Assembly (NCBI GenBank): GCA_030141605.1
Contig: JAQGDQ010000018.1
Location: forward strand, 744,001 to 808,000
From: Tubiluchus corallicola
Lineage: Eukaryota > Animalia > Priapulida
DNA length: 64,000 nt
Direction: 5' to 3'
Part shown: positions 11,634 to 26,500 of the stretch, one piece after another
Numbering within the stretch: position 1 is the stretch's first letter
How the letters are laid out: each line of letters begins with the position of its first letter
Program-made: the position numbers and the translations under genes
Notes under the pieces: generated by a model
What the model was told of the DNA's origin: nothing
The model's input: only the letters and a program-made list of their open reading frames with translations
Database searches by the model: none

Positions 11634-14600
11634 TCAACTATGTGCAAGGAACTTGCGCTTTTTCCCTGTATTCATGTATGGCTTGAGTTTCCATTCTAAA
11701 TCTGCAGCATCACCCTGCTCTATTGTGCCAAGCTTGATCTCATACACTGCAATGCAATAAAAATGTTAAATGATACATGTTCTTAACAATTTTTATTTTC
11801 CGTAAGCTTAAAACATTGTTTCCATGGCTATACGCTAATTATGCATGAATCCATTTAAAGGAAATTTATACTCACATTTCATTTCAAATCTTGGCCCTAC
11901 TTCTGTTAATTCAATGTTCACATGGTCAGCCTTCTTATATATGTGATGCCTAAAAAGCAAACGCACATTTCTCAGTTTATTAAATTGAACACACGCTGTG
12001 CTTGCCCAACAAGATTACAAATTGTATAATAGCTGTTGCATATTTGTAAAATTCAAAATTTAGCTCATTTCCTGCAGACTTGCCACGCAAGCATAGATTA
12101 TTATTTGGTTCACTTCTGTATCACTGCAGATGTGTGTAAGCAAATGCAAAAAAATTTAACCACATGCAAAATTTATAAATATAGCAATGACGGATCAGTG
12201 TAGTACTAGTAAGTCAATGCTCTTGCAAATTGTCATGAAATTGCCAAGAAATAACTATGAGTGTACAAATGACAACGACTGTAATGGAACTTTGGCATTG
12301 TCAGACTGCAAAAGTGTTTATTATAACATTTAAAAATGCTGTTTCAAATTAACACTTGCATCTAAAAATTTTGACATTAGTAATGACATAAAGTCATACA
12401 GGTCATACTTTGCTTCAAAGAGGCATTATTTTCATAACATTGTGGATTACCAAAAAACGTCCCCTAACAGGCAAAATAACTATCGGCAAAATTCCAAATT
12501 CTACTTCAAGAACTTAACTAGAAAACTATAGAGCTGATTAAGCTTTTCTACGTGCTTTTGCTTGAATAATAGTCTCGTACTGTTCAGCTTACAGGTAAAG
12601 TATAGCATAAGTACGTGCATACGTAAAATAAGTGTGTATTGATTTTGATTATAACACCTACAATTTAATTTTGATTTAAGCGTTTTTGTGTGTTTTTCCT
12701 TATAATAAGTTAATGCTTTACTTAAAAAATTATTGAAAAAAATTGATTTTACCGAAATGAGATATAATCATCTTGATTTGCAAAAGTCATTACTCTCCTA
12801 CTGTCATCCTTAGGAACAGGAAATAGATACTTCAATATGTTACACACCTGTAACAAAAAATTAATTACATTAATAAAACTGTAAAAGTATAAAAGTACAT
12901 ACAATAAGTTTTACCCCGCTAATGCTGTAGTACTGCTCATAGGTTACAACAATACATAGGTAACATACGTAACTACAATGTTATATAACAAGAAAAAAGA
13001 AGACAAAACACATATAGACAAGCAAGGAAAAGGTTTGCTATATTGAGACATAAGTAACAAATTATCAAGACCTGAGGCACATGCTAAAACAGAGTTACCA
13101 ATAACTATAAGCAAAGCAAGATGTTAAAATTCTTACTCTTCGTCCCAGTCTAGTGGTAAACTTGTCAAAAATCAAATGAGGATAAGCTTCTGACATTGTA
13201 CCTGCTTCAGGTATGTCATGCCTCATAACAACATTAGACAGAGTGAAGGTGGCTGTTGGACCATATGGCAAATGAGAGATCTGAATAGCATCTGAAAAAA
13301 GCATGTATATGTACTACATCCAATGTGAAAGTTGTGGGTTTGGCTTCGAATATTTCAAATAAGGAACAAAATAAAAGTAAAGCCATGTTTAATTCACAAC
13401 ATTCTAAGAAGACAGACAAAATGTTTAGACAGTATAACTTCGAGCATGTCTACAACAAGGTTCCGGGCAAATTAAAACGAATATGCACACACTCATACAT
13501 ATAGAATAAGTACTGACACTGGAAAAAAATCAAAAAATAAAATAAAGAAAATTAAAATTAGAGGTAAACGAAAATTTGGCAAAAAAGAGACATAATCTGA
13601 AGCTAGATACATTTAAGTAGTAACTGCACATTAGAACAACAATTGCAAAAAATAAATAAAAGTGCAGCAAAACATTAGGTTCTAAGGTCTATTGTTCTTG
13701 AAGTTATCAATATTCAACATACAGAAATCAGCAACTCAGTTCTATTGCCAACAAGATGAAATCTCATATCTCACAACGATGCTTTGAATGAAAACAGCTG
13801 TATAAAAATTCTGTGACAAAAATATTTATTATTTACCTGGTTCTCCTCGATGTTCATGTAACAGAATTAAATCTGTTACTCCATTTGCTCTGCAAGCATC
13901 GACAAGTGCTTTTATGTCATGGTGACCTCGATTTAATCGCTGAGAATTTGGAAATAATAACTTCACTTCCTGGAAAGCAAGACTGGCAGGCAGTGAATAC
14001 AGATACGAATGCTTAGTCAAACCATTCTCAAAATCTGTTTCACAGAGTTTTTTATGCAGATATTAGTGGTAGGCAATAACAAATTGGAGTAACTGTTGGG
14101 CAAAAGTTATAAAAGTTCATCAAGTGTATTTAGTGTAGCAAAAAGTCTGCAAAAGAAAATTTAGCAAAGCACGGAAAAAGTAAATGTTTTGTTCAAAGTT
14201 CAGAAAATACATTGGTTTTAGTGATGCAGACAAAGCCAAATACCTAGTCCAACAAAAAATACAAACTTTGCAGGAACAGGACTCAAAATCAAAACTGAAT
14301 GAATTAAGAAAGCTTAGAAACTACCGTATTTTCCCGTGTATAAGAGACCCTTGTGTATAAGAGACCCCTTCAATTTTTAGGCAAAAATTCTGGAAAAAAG
14401 TTTTTTCAGACGGACATTTCTAGAGGGTAAAGTACAACTTTTTTCAACTCAGTGCGGTACTGAAAACAAAATAAAACCAGTTAATGTGTTGTAGAAAAAG
14501 AGTACTGGTATATATTAAAGTGCGTACCTGCAAACCTGTAACAGGAAAAGAGAAAACGAGGAGATAATGCCTGTGTCACGATGCTTGTATTGCTTACAAC

Positions 14601-16703
14601 CGCTTCATAGTCGAACGCGACACGCAAAACAGTTGTAGAGCACTTATTTCTTTAAAATCATTTGTGTCACAATTTATGCATCTTATTGAAAAGACTTACT
14701 CCCATGTATAAGAGACCCCCTATTTTTAAAGTGAAAATTCTGAGCAAAAAAGGGTCTCTTATACACGGGAAAATACGGTATATCAAATCAATTTGATAAT
14801 TAAGGATCGACAATATAATTGATTTTTAATGTTATGAATAGATAGCAAATTATTTTCAATATTAACCAGTACTTATCACTAGTAGTACCCATAAGAAGAA
14901 TTTGCAAACTGCAAAATCATCAAAATCTACATGACACCGCTACCTTTGCAAACTGCTTAAGACGAGAACTGGGATCTCTGGATGTCGTAATTGTAATTTT
15001 TGGATCCTCCACTCCAGCCCACCTGTATTCGTCATCCATGTGAGTTGTAACACCTGGATTAAAAATTTCAAACTTAAACCAATGTTATAATATTTTTCAA
15101 ATTGTATGTTCAACTATTACTAATACTCTTTTTTGTAAAACTAAACTGTATGCAAATTCAGCACGATTTAAGCATGTTTCAAGAATTTGCAATACAAATC
15201 CGTACAAGTAAATGCAAGTGAAAGAAGTCTTTTATACCAAATTACAAAAACTTGGGGTTTAGATAGTTTATGGCAAAAGGCAGGCAAATGCCAAAACACT
15301 GAATGCAACATTCACTTCAAGTAAAGTGCATCAGCATTTCCCAAATAAAAAACTATTTTTTTATTTCACACACAATAAAAATTAGTTTTACTAAACCTAA
15401 TTTGTTTATGTATTACTAGTTTTTATCTGAGGCAAGCAATACAAAATTTTAAGGCAAGCTTTTCTCATCTTTTGTATGAAAAGAATAACTGGATATTATG
15501 CTAATTTTAAACCTTCAGAAGACATAATTATACAGTAAGGTGCACCAACCTTCTCCCCCTTCATCATCGAAGTCAAGATTTTTCTGTAAATCTAAAGCAT
15601 CCTTTCTAAGATCAGTTGAAATCATAGCATTTTCTGCAAAAAAATATTCACTTCTGTTACTGCCTCTGAAATAGATGGAAAATTGCTGAAAGTGGAACAT
15701 AAAAATGCACAGGCAAAGCCAATATTCCAATATTTGAAATATTAGTGCTACTTTAATAACAGTGCAAAATTAATTGCATTGAAAGCAAAAATAATAGTAC
15801 AATAGAGAAGACCATGATTGAAGTCTAGATTTTCAAAGAAAAATATTGTGTGGATACACGTGTCACAGAAAATAGAGTAAAGCTTAAACGTGATTCAGTT
15901 CAGCTTTGAACAGAATTTCTGATCTATCAATGATCATGCCTGATTGCCTGTGCTAAAGGATCACTAAACTATCAGATAAAATATTTCAAACTGGGGAAAA
16001 CTGTTCACAAGAGGATCTTTCCAACATTAGCATTTCTGCAAATTATAGCCATCTATAAAATCTATTATAAAGCAAATTAGAAAACCAAAAAGAATCTTCA
16101 AATTACAATAACTACCTTCAACAGCTCGCTTTAATCGTTGCTTCTTCTCAGCAATAGTTTTCTCTCTATCCTCAATTGATTTTCTATACAAGTACTCCCT
16201 ACGTATCCGTGCTTGACGGCGCAGCTGTAACAGGCACAAAAGTCCTGTTTTAAATTCCATTTTTCAAACTATATTCAAATCAGTTTTATAAATTTCATTC
16301 TATTCTTTACATTCAGAAAGATGTTGGAGCAGGTGAATGCATACAATAATTTTTTGGAAAATGTGCCTAATAACTGTTTTTCATTTTAAGATTTTAACCC
16401 TAAAATTTTGCCGCATTTTGCAGTAATAACAACATGTTGCTCTATATAGTTAGTGCAACAAGTGCCATTCACTATTTTGGATAACTTTAATGCACTATAA
16501 AAATCGTCTTCGCACAGGTCAACCGGTGAGAAAGAAATCTGCATAACGATATTTCGTTCAGGATGCATTAAATTTGAAAAGATTCGATTTGATTAAATTT
16601 GTACTTTTGTTGTCTAACTTCACAAAATAAAGGTAAGAAAAACTATAACACTGTATATCGTGATATCGAAAATTCTTTTCAAAGAATGCATTGCACTTAC
16701 CAT
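11634..16703 (-). CDS. IMP4: U3 snoRNP protein IMP4 (Brix domain), 291 aa, 9 coding exons
   Basis: Exons (minus) 16701-16703 (ATG only), 16116-16224, 15550-15633, 14944-15053, 13837-13969, 13137-13291, 12753-12847, 11876-11949, 11634-11746 = 876 nt in frame. Motifs [97 protein letters not shown]. Confidence 0.96.
14324..14778. mobile_element. Tc2/pogo-like (Tc1-mariner superfamily) MITE in IMP4 intron 4
   Basis: Perfect TIRs CCGTATTTTCCCGTGTATAAGAGACCC / GGGTCTCTTATACACGGGAAAATACGG, TA target duplication on both sides, and internal direct copies of TGTATAAGAGACCC. Confidence 0.9.
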
Positions 16704-19700
16704 ACTTTATATGTAATAAATAACCAATGAAATTAATGGATTTTCACCAAAACAAGATATAGACGCAATTTAGCAACTCTAATAGTCTTTCGGCTTTTCA
16801 ATCAGCATAATCTAGAAATAAACACACACAAAAAATAAAACATAAAAACATGTTCTAGACTCTAGATAAACATTAGCAATAAGTCTTGAGATAATAATAA
16901 AAGCTGCAATGTGTTCTATACAAAAACTATGCAACACCTAGTTAGTATAGAAAATAAAATTATGAGCTACAATTAGTGAACATGAAATTTTTTGCAAACA
17001 AACTGTCAATAAGTCGAACATAAATGCTCATATCCATAGTCAAAGATGATGGAAGCACAAAAGCTCCATAGTAACACTAATTTTGCACCCAATTTTTGAG
17101 TGACCTTAGATATGTTCAATGTCTTGGTTAACGTCAAAAATGGGCACTTTATTGCTTTCGCACTCCTGGTCACTCAAGATTGATTGACGGGAAAGGTCAG
17201 CATTTTTCGGTCGCACAGCTGCCCCAAAAGTCGAGTTGAAATTGATGGAAAAGGCAAATAGACAGCCGACACGAAAAGGTCGACCAAACCCAAAATAGAT
17301 GGATGACAGGAAAAAAAACCGAAGCCATTTTTTATGCTTGGGTACCACCGAACCGAAGCTTAACCAAATAATCAGCCATGTTACCAAATTCAGAATAAAA
17401 TATCAAGTTAAATTGAAAAACGAGACCAAAGCCGAACCGAATTTTTTACCAAAACTGAATCAAATATTCTTGTAATTCTAAGCGAAAAGAATTATAACTC
17501 TATAACCATTATCATTTTATGTTAGTGGTGATTGGTGAGCTGTGTAAAATTGTTGTGATTACTAAATCTGTGTTTTTACTTAGTAGTTATGTAGTAAAGC
17601 AGTACATGTTTCAGAAGCAGCCCTAATTCTTTCAAAAGCTGTTCAAGCTATTTTGTACAATCAATAAAAGCAATATTCCAATAGTAAAATTGGTTATTAG
17701 CTCCAGTTCTTGTTGATTTATTTCATCAGGCATCACATTCTTTGAGTATTCATATAGAAACAGAAAGCAAAATGTCGGCTGTTGTGCCGTTTTCACTGTA
17801 GACTATCAGCTTTTTTGGGATAAATTTTTGCAAACATCATAGGGACATATTCAGTTTGCCAATTATTAAAAAAATAAGTTCGGCATTTTAAAAGGTCACT
17901 GAACTTTTTAGTTATTACAATCAAAGTTTACTGGAACGTATTTTCACACGATGCAATATTCAGAGAAAAAAATTCAGCAATCAAATACTCAGTGCTTTCT
18001 TAGCCAACTGTTCACAAGCTACTACAACCCATAGTCCCATGCAGCTTGGCCTCAGTGGCCTGAAGTAATACAGGAGTTTAATGTTAGAAGAACAAATTTC
18101 TTTAGAAGAGGTAGACGATTAGAAGACATTAGAGGATTATTTCCACCCTGTTAAAAAGGTTTTGAGACATAATGATGTAACTGAGAGCAAGAAAGCGTTT
18201 TATTCCTTTACTGAAAGCTTTAAGCCTTTAATCATCAGGCTTTATCGGCTCTTAAAGTCCAGTGCGACAATAGATTACCAAATTAATTTGACATTGGGGA
18301 GGCAAAATTCTAAAGTAAAAAAATCTGCTTCAGACACGTAAACACAGCAATAATCCAGCAAAAAACTAGACACTGCTATACAACTGCATGCATGCAAGGC
18401 ATGACGTAGACGCGTGGTGCCATCTAAAGAAGTAACTTTCAAATAATTTAATTTCTGATCTATGTTGTGATGCCATCGTCACTCGTCATGCCGAGTACAC
18501 AATAGCACCATAGATAATAATATCACTATATTACGCTACGCTTGGATATTACATTATTTGATAATAATTATGCCACAATTATGATCATGCGACAAAAAGT
18601 CACGTTTTGTTCAATATCTTACGGCTAGGGTTAAGGTTATTCTTTTTTTCTTGTGACCTTGTTACATGTGACTTTATTACCTGGATTTTAATAATTAACT
18701 CATTTAAAGGGGTCACCTGAAAAGTTGGCAACGAGCCTAACTGCTGTTAGCAAAAGATTTTCAGAAAGGGATTACTATTATCATAGGAACACAGTTACTG
18801 TATTTGTACAATAAAAAAAATTTACATGTGCTATACTGAGGACAGTTAATAGGAACACTTATTTTAAATTGAAGTGTCGGTCTTTACAACTCATTTATTA
18901 CTCATAGTCCAAAGTAATTTTCAAAAAAAAACTGATACTTTAAAGAAGAGTTTACTGCAACAGTGAATAAGAGCGATGTGGTGAATAGGAATAAAACCTA
19001 GTAAAAGTTCCGACTGCATTCCATAATAAGTCATGTACAGACAGTATAGTTCATTATAATTTATAAAGCAAGTTGACCAATCTATTAGTCTCTCTACCAA
19101 TCTGGTAGTCACTCCTGCCATGGCAACTGTAGCGAGAGTGATGGCATACCAAGTACTAAGATTGTCTAACAATGCAGAAAAACACTGTTGGTCTAAATTT
19201 TTATTACCTGACTTAATGACTTATCAGAGCGGCATATGTTGTAATTTTGTAGCTGGGCAGTTGTGTGATTTTAATTATTTTCAGTAATACCTAGGAATTT
19301 TTTCCAGTTTTGAGTCACTCTCCATTTTTTTGTGGATTTTTGAACAGTTTTAGACTTAGAAACAACGGGGTGAATAACAGATGCCACACACTTATAAATG
19401 ACTCCTTAATGAAAAGCAATACAACACTATGTAGAACACAATTAGTAAATAAAAAAAAACAAACAAATAAAAAAACTACAACCCCTTTTAAAATTTAGAG
19501 GGAGTTCTAATTTTTAAGATTTGACATCATTTGAAGAGAATTGTGAATGTTGATATTTGATGTCTAGTATTTTTTGTAAACATAGAACAGTAACAATAGC
19601 TGTGAATAAAACACAGTAATTTTTAAAACCTACGTTGTTACACTTTTCACTCCATGTAATGCCTAAACGGACAAAGAGCCAAAAGTAAGGTTGTCCCTAT

Positions 19701-20289
19701 TCATTTCTAAATACAACGTTAATAGGAAAACAGGTTTCTAATTAAAAAAACATTGAATTTTTTGTCAAAAGAACAATACCGCCAAACATAGAATGTGTAT
19801 ACAACCATTAGATATAATTACCAAACATTATTTAGAATGAAAACTAAAAAGAAAGTTACGCAGGCTTGCACGTAAAACTGTTCCTATTTTTGCTGTTTTG
19901 CGGTACCTAGTTTCTATTTATTGTGAGCTAAAGACAGGAAATTACTTAAATGGATATTGACAGTTGGGATTAGATAAACAGTTACTGTCATAGAACATAG
20001 ACATTGCCATTATTCCATGCAAAGTCACTCATCCAGAAAAAATTATGGGTTATAGAACTACATTCCTTCCATACATCTGTTTCTGTCTTATGTAATTCTA
20101 CATGGATATTGAGCCACTGACAAAAGAAATTGCAATTAAAAATTGCTGAAAAATAAGAACATGAGGACATACTACATTAAGCATGATAAAAATATTTTGC
20201 TGCAGAAAACAGAGGAAGTCCAACTATTAAAGTGTAGTTTAATAAAAAAAATATTAAAAAGTACAAAAATTACAATACAACACTGAGAA

Positions 20290-20299
20290 TTTATTTATT
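20290..20299 (-). terminator. Candidate PAN2 polyadenylation signal
   Basis: Overlapping AATAAATAAA on the minus strand ~230 nt downstream of the PAN2 stop. Confidence 0.5.
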
Positions 20300-20526
20300 T
20301 CAATATGTAACATTTCAGTTACTGAGATTACATTACACAAACTTCACTTGTTGCACAGTGATTACCTGCTATACAGAAGTAAACAGAAATGGCTTCATAA
20401 TAAAATACAATATAATACATATATTTACTGCAACTCTGGCAGTATATTAAAACCCACACATTATTCAAATAATTGCACACACGATGTCAGTTCTGAAATT
20501 GTAGTCACATAATTTGTTCATTAAAG

Positions 20527-23500
20527 TTATACCATCTTCAGTTGAAGACCATTATCATCTTGAGGTATCACCCATTTTAGTGACCTCCCCTTTTCATACA
20601 TTTCCTTTATTTGGGAATCTAGATACTCTTCTCCCACCCGTCTTAGCTCCTCATACTTTTGGTAAAGTCTCAGTGCGGTTCTTGCATCTTCTATTGAATC
20701 GTGTGTCTCACTTTGAATATTGGTAGCTGCAAACAAAATATTATTTCGATAAAATAGTAGAATGGGCAACTTGCTTGTTGTAGTAATAAATTTATGTAGC
20801 AGTATTCATAAAAAAAACAATGCTAGAGCTTTTACAGAAACAAACCTAAGAAATGCCAAGCTAAGAATCGCAACGAGATCATACGCTGCTTCGGAAGCTG
20901 AAAGAGCTGCACTGTGTCAATCACTTGTTCTGGAGGTACCTGCATAAATTTATATACCGATTCACTATAATATTCATTACAACTATAAAAATGTTACAAG
21001 AAGTACTACTAATGCTACGTTTTTTGGGTTAATTGAACAATCACTGTACCAAACCTTGGGATAGCAAAATAAAATAATAATTTGTTTGCCAACCTTCTTG
21101 ATTCCTAAACTCAAGCAAAACGTTGAACTCAGGCAAAAGCAATAAGTTTTGTGTTTTAGCTTAAAAAAATTCTTGTAATCTCATAATTAAGAGATGATTT
21201 CATGCTTAACACTTTCACTGCCGATGGTGTGTAAAAGCTGTGCACCCAGGGGTTTTATTACTTTTACGCATTATTGTTTATTTGTGAATTTACATATAGT
21301 TTCATAACCCCAAAAAGGGTTATATAGGCATACATTACCTAAAAAAAAGACAGAGATAAATTTTTTCAATTAGTTTTCAAAAAATTCAAGATGGCTACTA
21401 TGATGAGTTTTGTGATGACTCCTCTAGAATTTCTAATACAGAACATACAGTACTAATGCTGCATAAACAATGAAATAAAATTTATGTTGTTATAAGAAAA
21501 GATATGGCTAGTTGTAGTCTATTCAAAATGGCAGCCAAGCAAGATGGCTGCCAAACTATTTTAATATGTTATATTTTTTAATAACAGTTACAATAACTGC
21601 CCATGAAACAGAATTTAGATCAATAGATGCACCTTCAATGCAAAATCATAATCATAATTTCATGCAAGCAAAAACTTTTTTGCTAAAACAGACCCTAAAT
21701 AGGCTTAACAAGAAATTTGAATTTCGTAGGCTTAAAACAAAAGTATATAATTTGTTCTGACAAAAATTTATCACTAACAAAATATGTGCAAAGACCTATA
21801 TGAAGTCCAGAAAATCACGTAGATCTGTGTACATAATAATGCTTTTACAGGTCATAAGCTTACTGAGAAAGCTTAATATATAGGCCCATGGGTTTCAAAA
21901 AGCGAAAGTATGTGCATTTGCAGCAAAACCCCCAATACTAAACCAATTTTTTTATTTTTATTGCTGAAAATTCTCCTAAAATCTCTAGATAGTGTAAAAT
22001 CAGCAATATTTTATTTTACACAGAACTTACAGTTAAACCAATACATGTGCATAACATATTTGCTATGTCACCAAGAAAATAAAATCAAGTTTAAGTAACT
22101 TAAATCATTCATGTTCCTGGAGCTATGCTAAGTCATGCCATATCTGCTGACACTTACCAGCGCAAATATAGAATATCAGAGTTTGTATAGACCATTCAAT
22201 AGTAATCACGTCAAGTAGGCATATGCCAATACAAATAATGGACTTAATAGTACGTCATGGAGATGGTGAAGGTGTTAAGTCGGCTAAGATTACCTAGCTC
22301 TAAAATGCTTTCTAGTTGTAGTTTCATTTATAATAAAGCCTATACAAAGGATTTTAAATAAATTATTGATAACTGAAATGCAGCTGTAAAAACATATGAC
22401 TTAGCTTTAAGTTTAAAAACAATGAAAAACATCTTACCACAATGTTTATAACTCTGAAATCCTTTTTGAGACCATGGCCAACAAATATAACACCACTGTC
22501 CACCAAATATCGCAGCTTTATATATGACGTTTTTAGGGTTGTCAAATGTTTATTGGAATGTGATGTGCTAAGGTCACCTGCAGGAAAAGTCAAGTCTTAT
22601 CATTTAGATAGAACAAAATGAAGAATCAGATTTAAGCAAATTTCATTTTTTTACTTATATTCTTTGTATAGTTGTGAGTTTACCAACAGATAAATAGTCC
22701 ACAAAAATTTTGTGTATTTTATATTTGGGGATTGTTTCACATGGAAAGTTATTCTAGAGACACGAGTAACGTGGTACAAACTTCTGCTATGTTATAAAGT
22801 TATAATTTTATGCTGAAGCAGCTCAATCTTGGCTCACAAATGTCTATAAAAATGGAATCTCAGAGAATAGCATTCCGCATAATCTCTGGATTGCTGCCAT
22901 GTGTGGCATGACCTAACAAGCAAACTAGTCACGTTACGACCTAGTCAAGATGTTCTAAATGTTCACTTGAGAATAAGCAATGACACACGTGCTAGATGAT
23001 ACACAATGAAATGATAATTTTGTAAGCCTATTTTATTACCTTTCTAGGGACAGGTAATGCAACTGATTATTTCCAAAATTTGAAAACAGACATGTTGAGG
23101 GCTCTGGCACACATAATTTCATAAATTGGGCTACAAGCCTTCCTGGAGCTAATGCTCAGAAATCTGGTTACACAAGTTCTTGATCAACTGCTGTGATCTT
23201 TGATGCAAAAAATCATAAAGCTAGTTTATGTGAGCAGATCTAATAGTGTTACAGTCAATTTCAATCAATGTTTCAAGCATATTCTAAGGGTGTACAGGGG
23301 TTTCATCGCTTGGCTGAGACACCAGTTTGGAATATTGAATTCTATATTGAATAAAACGATATTACGTTATTAATTATATAAACATTGTCCAACATAAAAA
23401 AAGCCAGTAAATAACAGCACAACAAGTCTCAGTGTGTTCCTCATCATATCACATTTACTCTTTACCTATGTTTGGGGCCTTGGAGCAAATAACAGTAAAT

Positions 23501-26500
23501 TTAATAAACAATAACAAATGGTTCTTCAAAATGAACAGAGCATTTGATAGAAAACCATGCAAAGGTGTAGCCTATATTTCACCATCCATATGTTCATCTT
23601 TCTTATAGTTCAATAGTCAACTGTTCTGTACCATTTCTAAGAGGAAGAGGAAAAACGTTGTAGTATCTGTTACATGAGAAATGAATATCGGTGATACATA
23701 AATATTATTGTGGTTTGTTGTAACAGAGTACTTGACTAATTGACGTAGAGTTGTAACTGAGCTCGAGAGTCAAATGTGAATATACCCAGTGAACATACAT
23801 TTCAGGGTAACTTCCTAAAAGCGATGAACAGAGATGAGATCACCACCTCCCAACAGAATCGATGAGTAGAGATGAGATCACCACCTCCCAACAAAATCGA
23901 TGAGTAGAGATGAGATAAGTGGCTACAACAGGACCAGAGATGATATCACCTCCACGGCTAATAAGACTGACATGTAATTACTATTATTTCATCACCACTA
24001 ATTTAACTGTACATAGTTTACCCCGAGAAATTTCAATCCTAGTAACTTGTTGATAAAATCAACATCAACTTAAGTTTGTGGGTACTGACAATTTGCTTAC
24101 CTGGCTGGATGCCAGAAAATTTAGTTAAATAATCAACAACTTGATCTTGCGTGGATATGTAATCATCAATAAATGGGTCTCCTTCATTTGGACCTTGTCT
24201 AGAAAAAGTAATAAATCATAAATTGAACTGAAAAAAAATTTGTGTCAATATTGATTAATACAAGAGTAATAATTACGTGAACGTTAATTCATACTGACTG
24301 AATAAGGCCAAAGAAGACGTTAAAATGTGCATCCATGATTTGAATCAAACTTTGCAAGCTTCAAGGCTGTGCATTTTTACAAACTCATAGACTTTGACAA
24401 CTCCTGCAGGCTACAAAGCAATGCGTTTTGGTTAGTCGCTGCACGTGGAAAATTGGTCTTTTAGGCAATATTTAATGTTATTTATTACAATACTAACCCT
24501 CGAACACAGGTGATTCTAGCAACTGACATTTGTGATGGCTTGATAGTAGCTCGAGTGCCATCACTTCTTAATTCAGCTTCTTCCTAAAAGTGAAAACAAA
24601 AAAGGGTTTCATGCCATGTACAAAGGAATAGCGCATTGAAAAACAATCTGACATTTTGTATTCAGTTTGGCTATATTATTTCTTCCATTGTTTATCAACA
24701 TAAAATCAATTGACTTTACTGATCATGAGTCTCAATAAGATTTAAAGGATGGTTCACCTGATTCACAGTGACAAACTCAGCATCAAGTCCAACGAGATCT
24801 CCAGCCTGCGGCATTTCATTTTGTTGAAGAGGAACAAAGGTTACACGCTGAGGGCGGCGGGTAATTAGAGACGCTTCTTCAAGTAAGTATGATGATGTAA
24901 TTGGATTAGACATGTGACTCGGAAATCTCTTGTTGATGTCTTTGCGTGTGAAATACAGTATGCATGGTACTTTCCAGTCAAGGTTGAATAAACACACTTC
25001 ATCCTAAAAAACTATCAGCTTGAAATACATGTTGCAAAAACTTTAATTGTGGTTGTCTACATGAAACTAAGTGCAAAGAAAGTTCAAAGCTACTTATCAG
25101 AGACCATAAATAGTTATATGACAAAGCATTCAAATCACTGAAAACATCAGTTGAAAGAAAATTCATCCATACAGGAGACACGAAATAAAAGTTTTTATAA
25201 CTAACTGACTAATATACATAGTTCTTCGATGACTATTTATTAACACATTTATAAAAAACATATAAAATATATTTTCTAACAATAGTACAAATGAATGGTT
25301 AATCATCAATCACTCCTGTAAATAAACAATGTTATTACTCTTCCTTTCGTGTTGTTTCAACTATGGATTTAGAGACTCCAAATGCTTTTTGGTTAAAAGA
25401 TAAAACTTGTGCTAAACATTATTTGTTTAAAAACAGTTATAAACCTTGTCGATAGGAGTGACGCAAAAGTCATTGAATAGATACCACCGAGATTTCATCT
25501 GTCCTGTCTTCCGTTGATGGTAAGTTGATCCGACTTTTGCGCAGCTAACGAGATGAGATCCATTAGTTTTTGATTCATGGATTTCACACACAACTCCTCG
25601 TAGTTCATAATATCCCATAGTGGCACTAGAATCGCTAGGAATTCTGTCCTTTAAAAGGTTTAAAAAACACAAAATTACGCAAAGTCCCATTTTTATATCA
25701 CACAAATTACATACTGAATCAAGTCTAACCAGAAAACCCCTAATAATACCGAACTTAGAAAAAATAAAATTGTCCACATTAGTACAACATTAGAAAATGT
25801 ATTCTTTAAATATTTTTAATTTCTTACATCATCAATATGCAGCTCCTGAACGAGAAGATTGCGTTCAGGATCCAAATTCAAGCAGAGACCAACAGGAACC
25901 CAGGGTGCTATAGCATCATCACCCTGATAAAACTGCTCCACCACCTCCTCACTGAAAAAAGGCAATTTGCAAAACTTAAAAGTTCTATTCAATAATGACA
26001 TAACTCAGACATAGCACTTGCCAACTACAGTATAGTTTATTAAAGCTAACTTTCGAAAAATGTCATCTCCAAGCAACCACTCCTACTATTCACCTAGATT
26101 GGCATTGACAGTCTATAACCAAAAGCACTTTTTAATATAGTCATAGAAAATAATCAGTCACACTCACTATATTCTACAAACCATACCTACCCATTGTCTT
26201 TATCTCTGGTAGGGTGGCTAAAACGACAATCTTTCCTATTGCATGAATTACCATAACGACATGGTTTGGGTTGGCTAGGGACATGAGGTGGTGGAACTTG
26301 CTGTTTCTGTTTTTCGTCTTCCGTCTGGTTTCGCCTGACTTCAGCAATTAACTAAGAGCACACACCAATCAAGGTTATTCAATTATATTACATTCAAGCA
26401 CAGGTAAAGCGAAACAAAAAAAATGTTAAGCACAAAAAGAAAAAAATTGCCGATAATTTTTTTGGCTAATGTCAGCAATTGCTGTTTACAATCAATAATA

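Noticed and set aside
14335-14370. GTGTATAAGAGAC match to the Tn5 mosaic end / Nextera adapter
   Set aside because: Only 13-14 of 19 nt match, and the motif is an integral part of symmetric TIRs with a TA duplication; it is a MITE, not adapter contamination.
17100-17460. 93-aa ORF and AACCGA repeats upstream of IMP4
   Set aside because: Looks like decayed DNA-transposon subterminal repeats; ends cannot be defined and there is no protein similarity.
23822-23955. Repeat array considered as CRISPR-like
   Set aside because: Head-to-tail tandem units without unique spacers, in a eukaryotic intron, with no cas genes.
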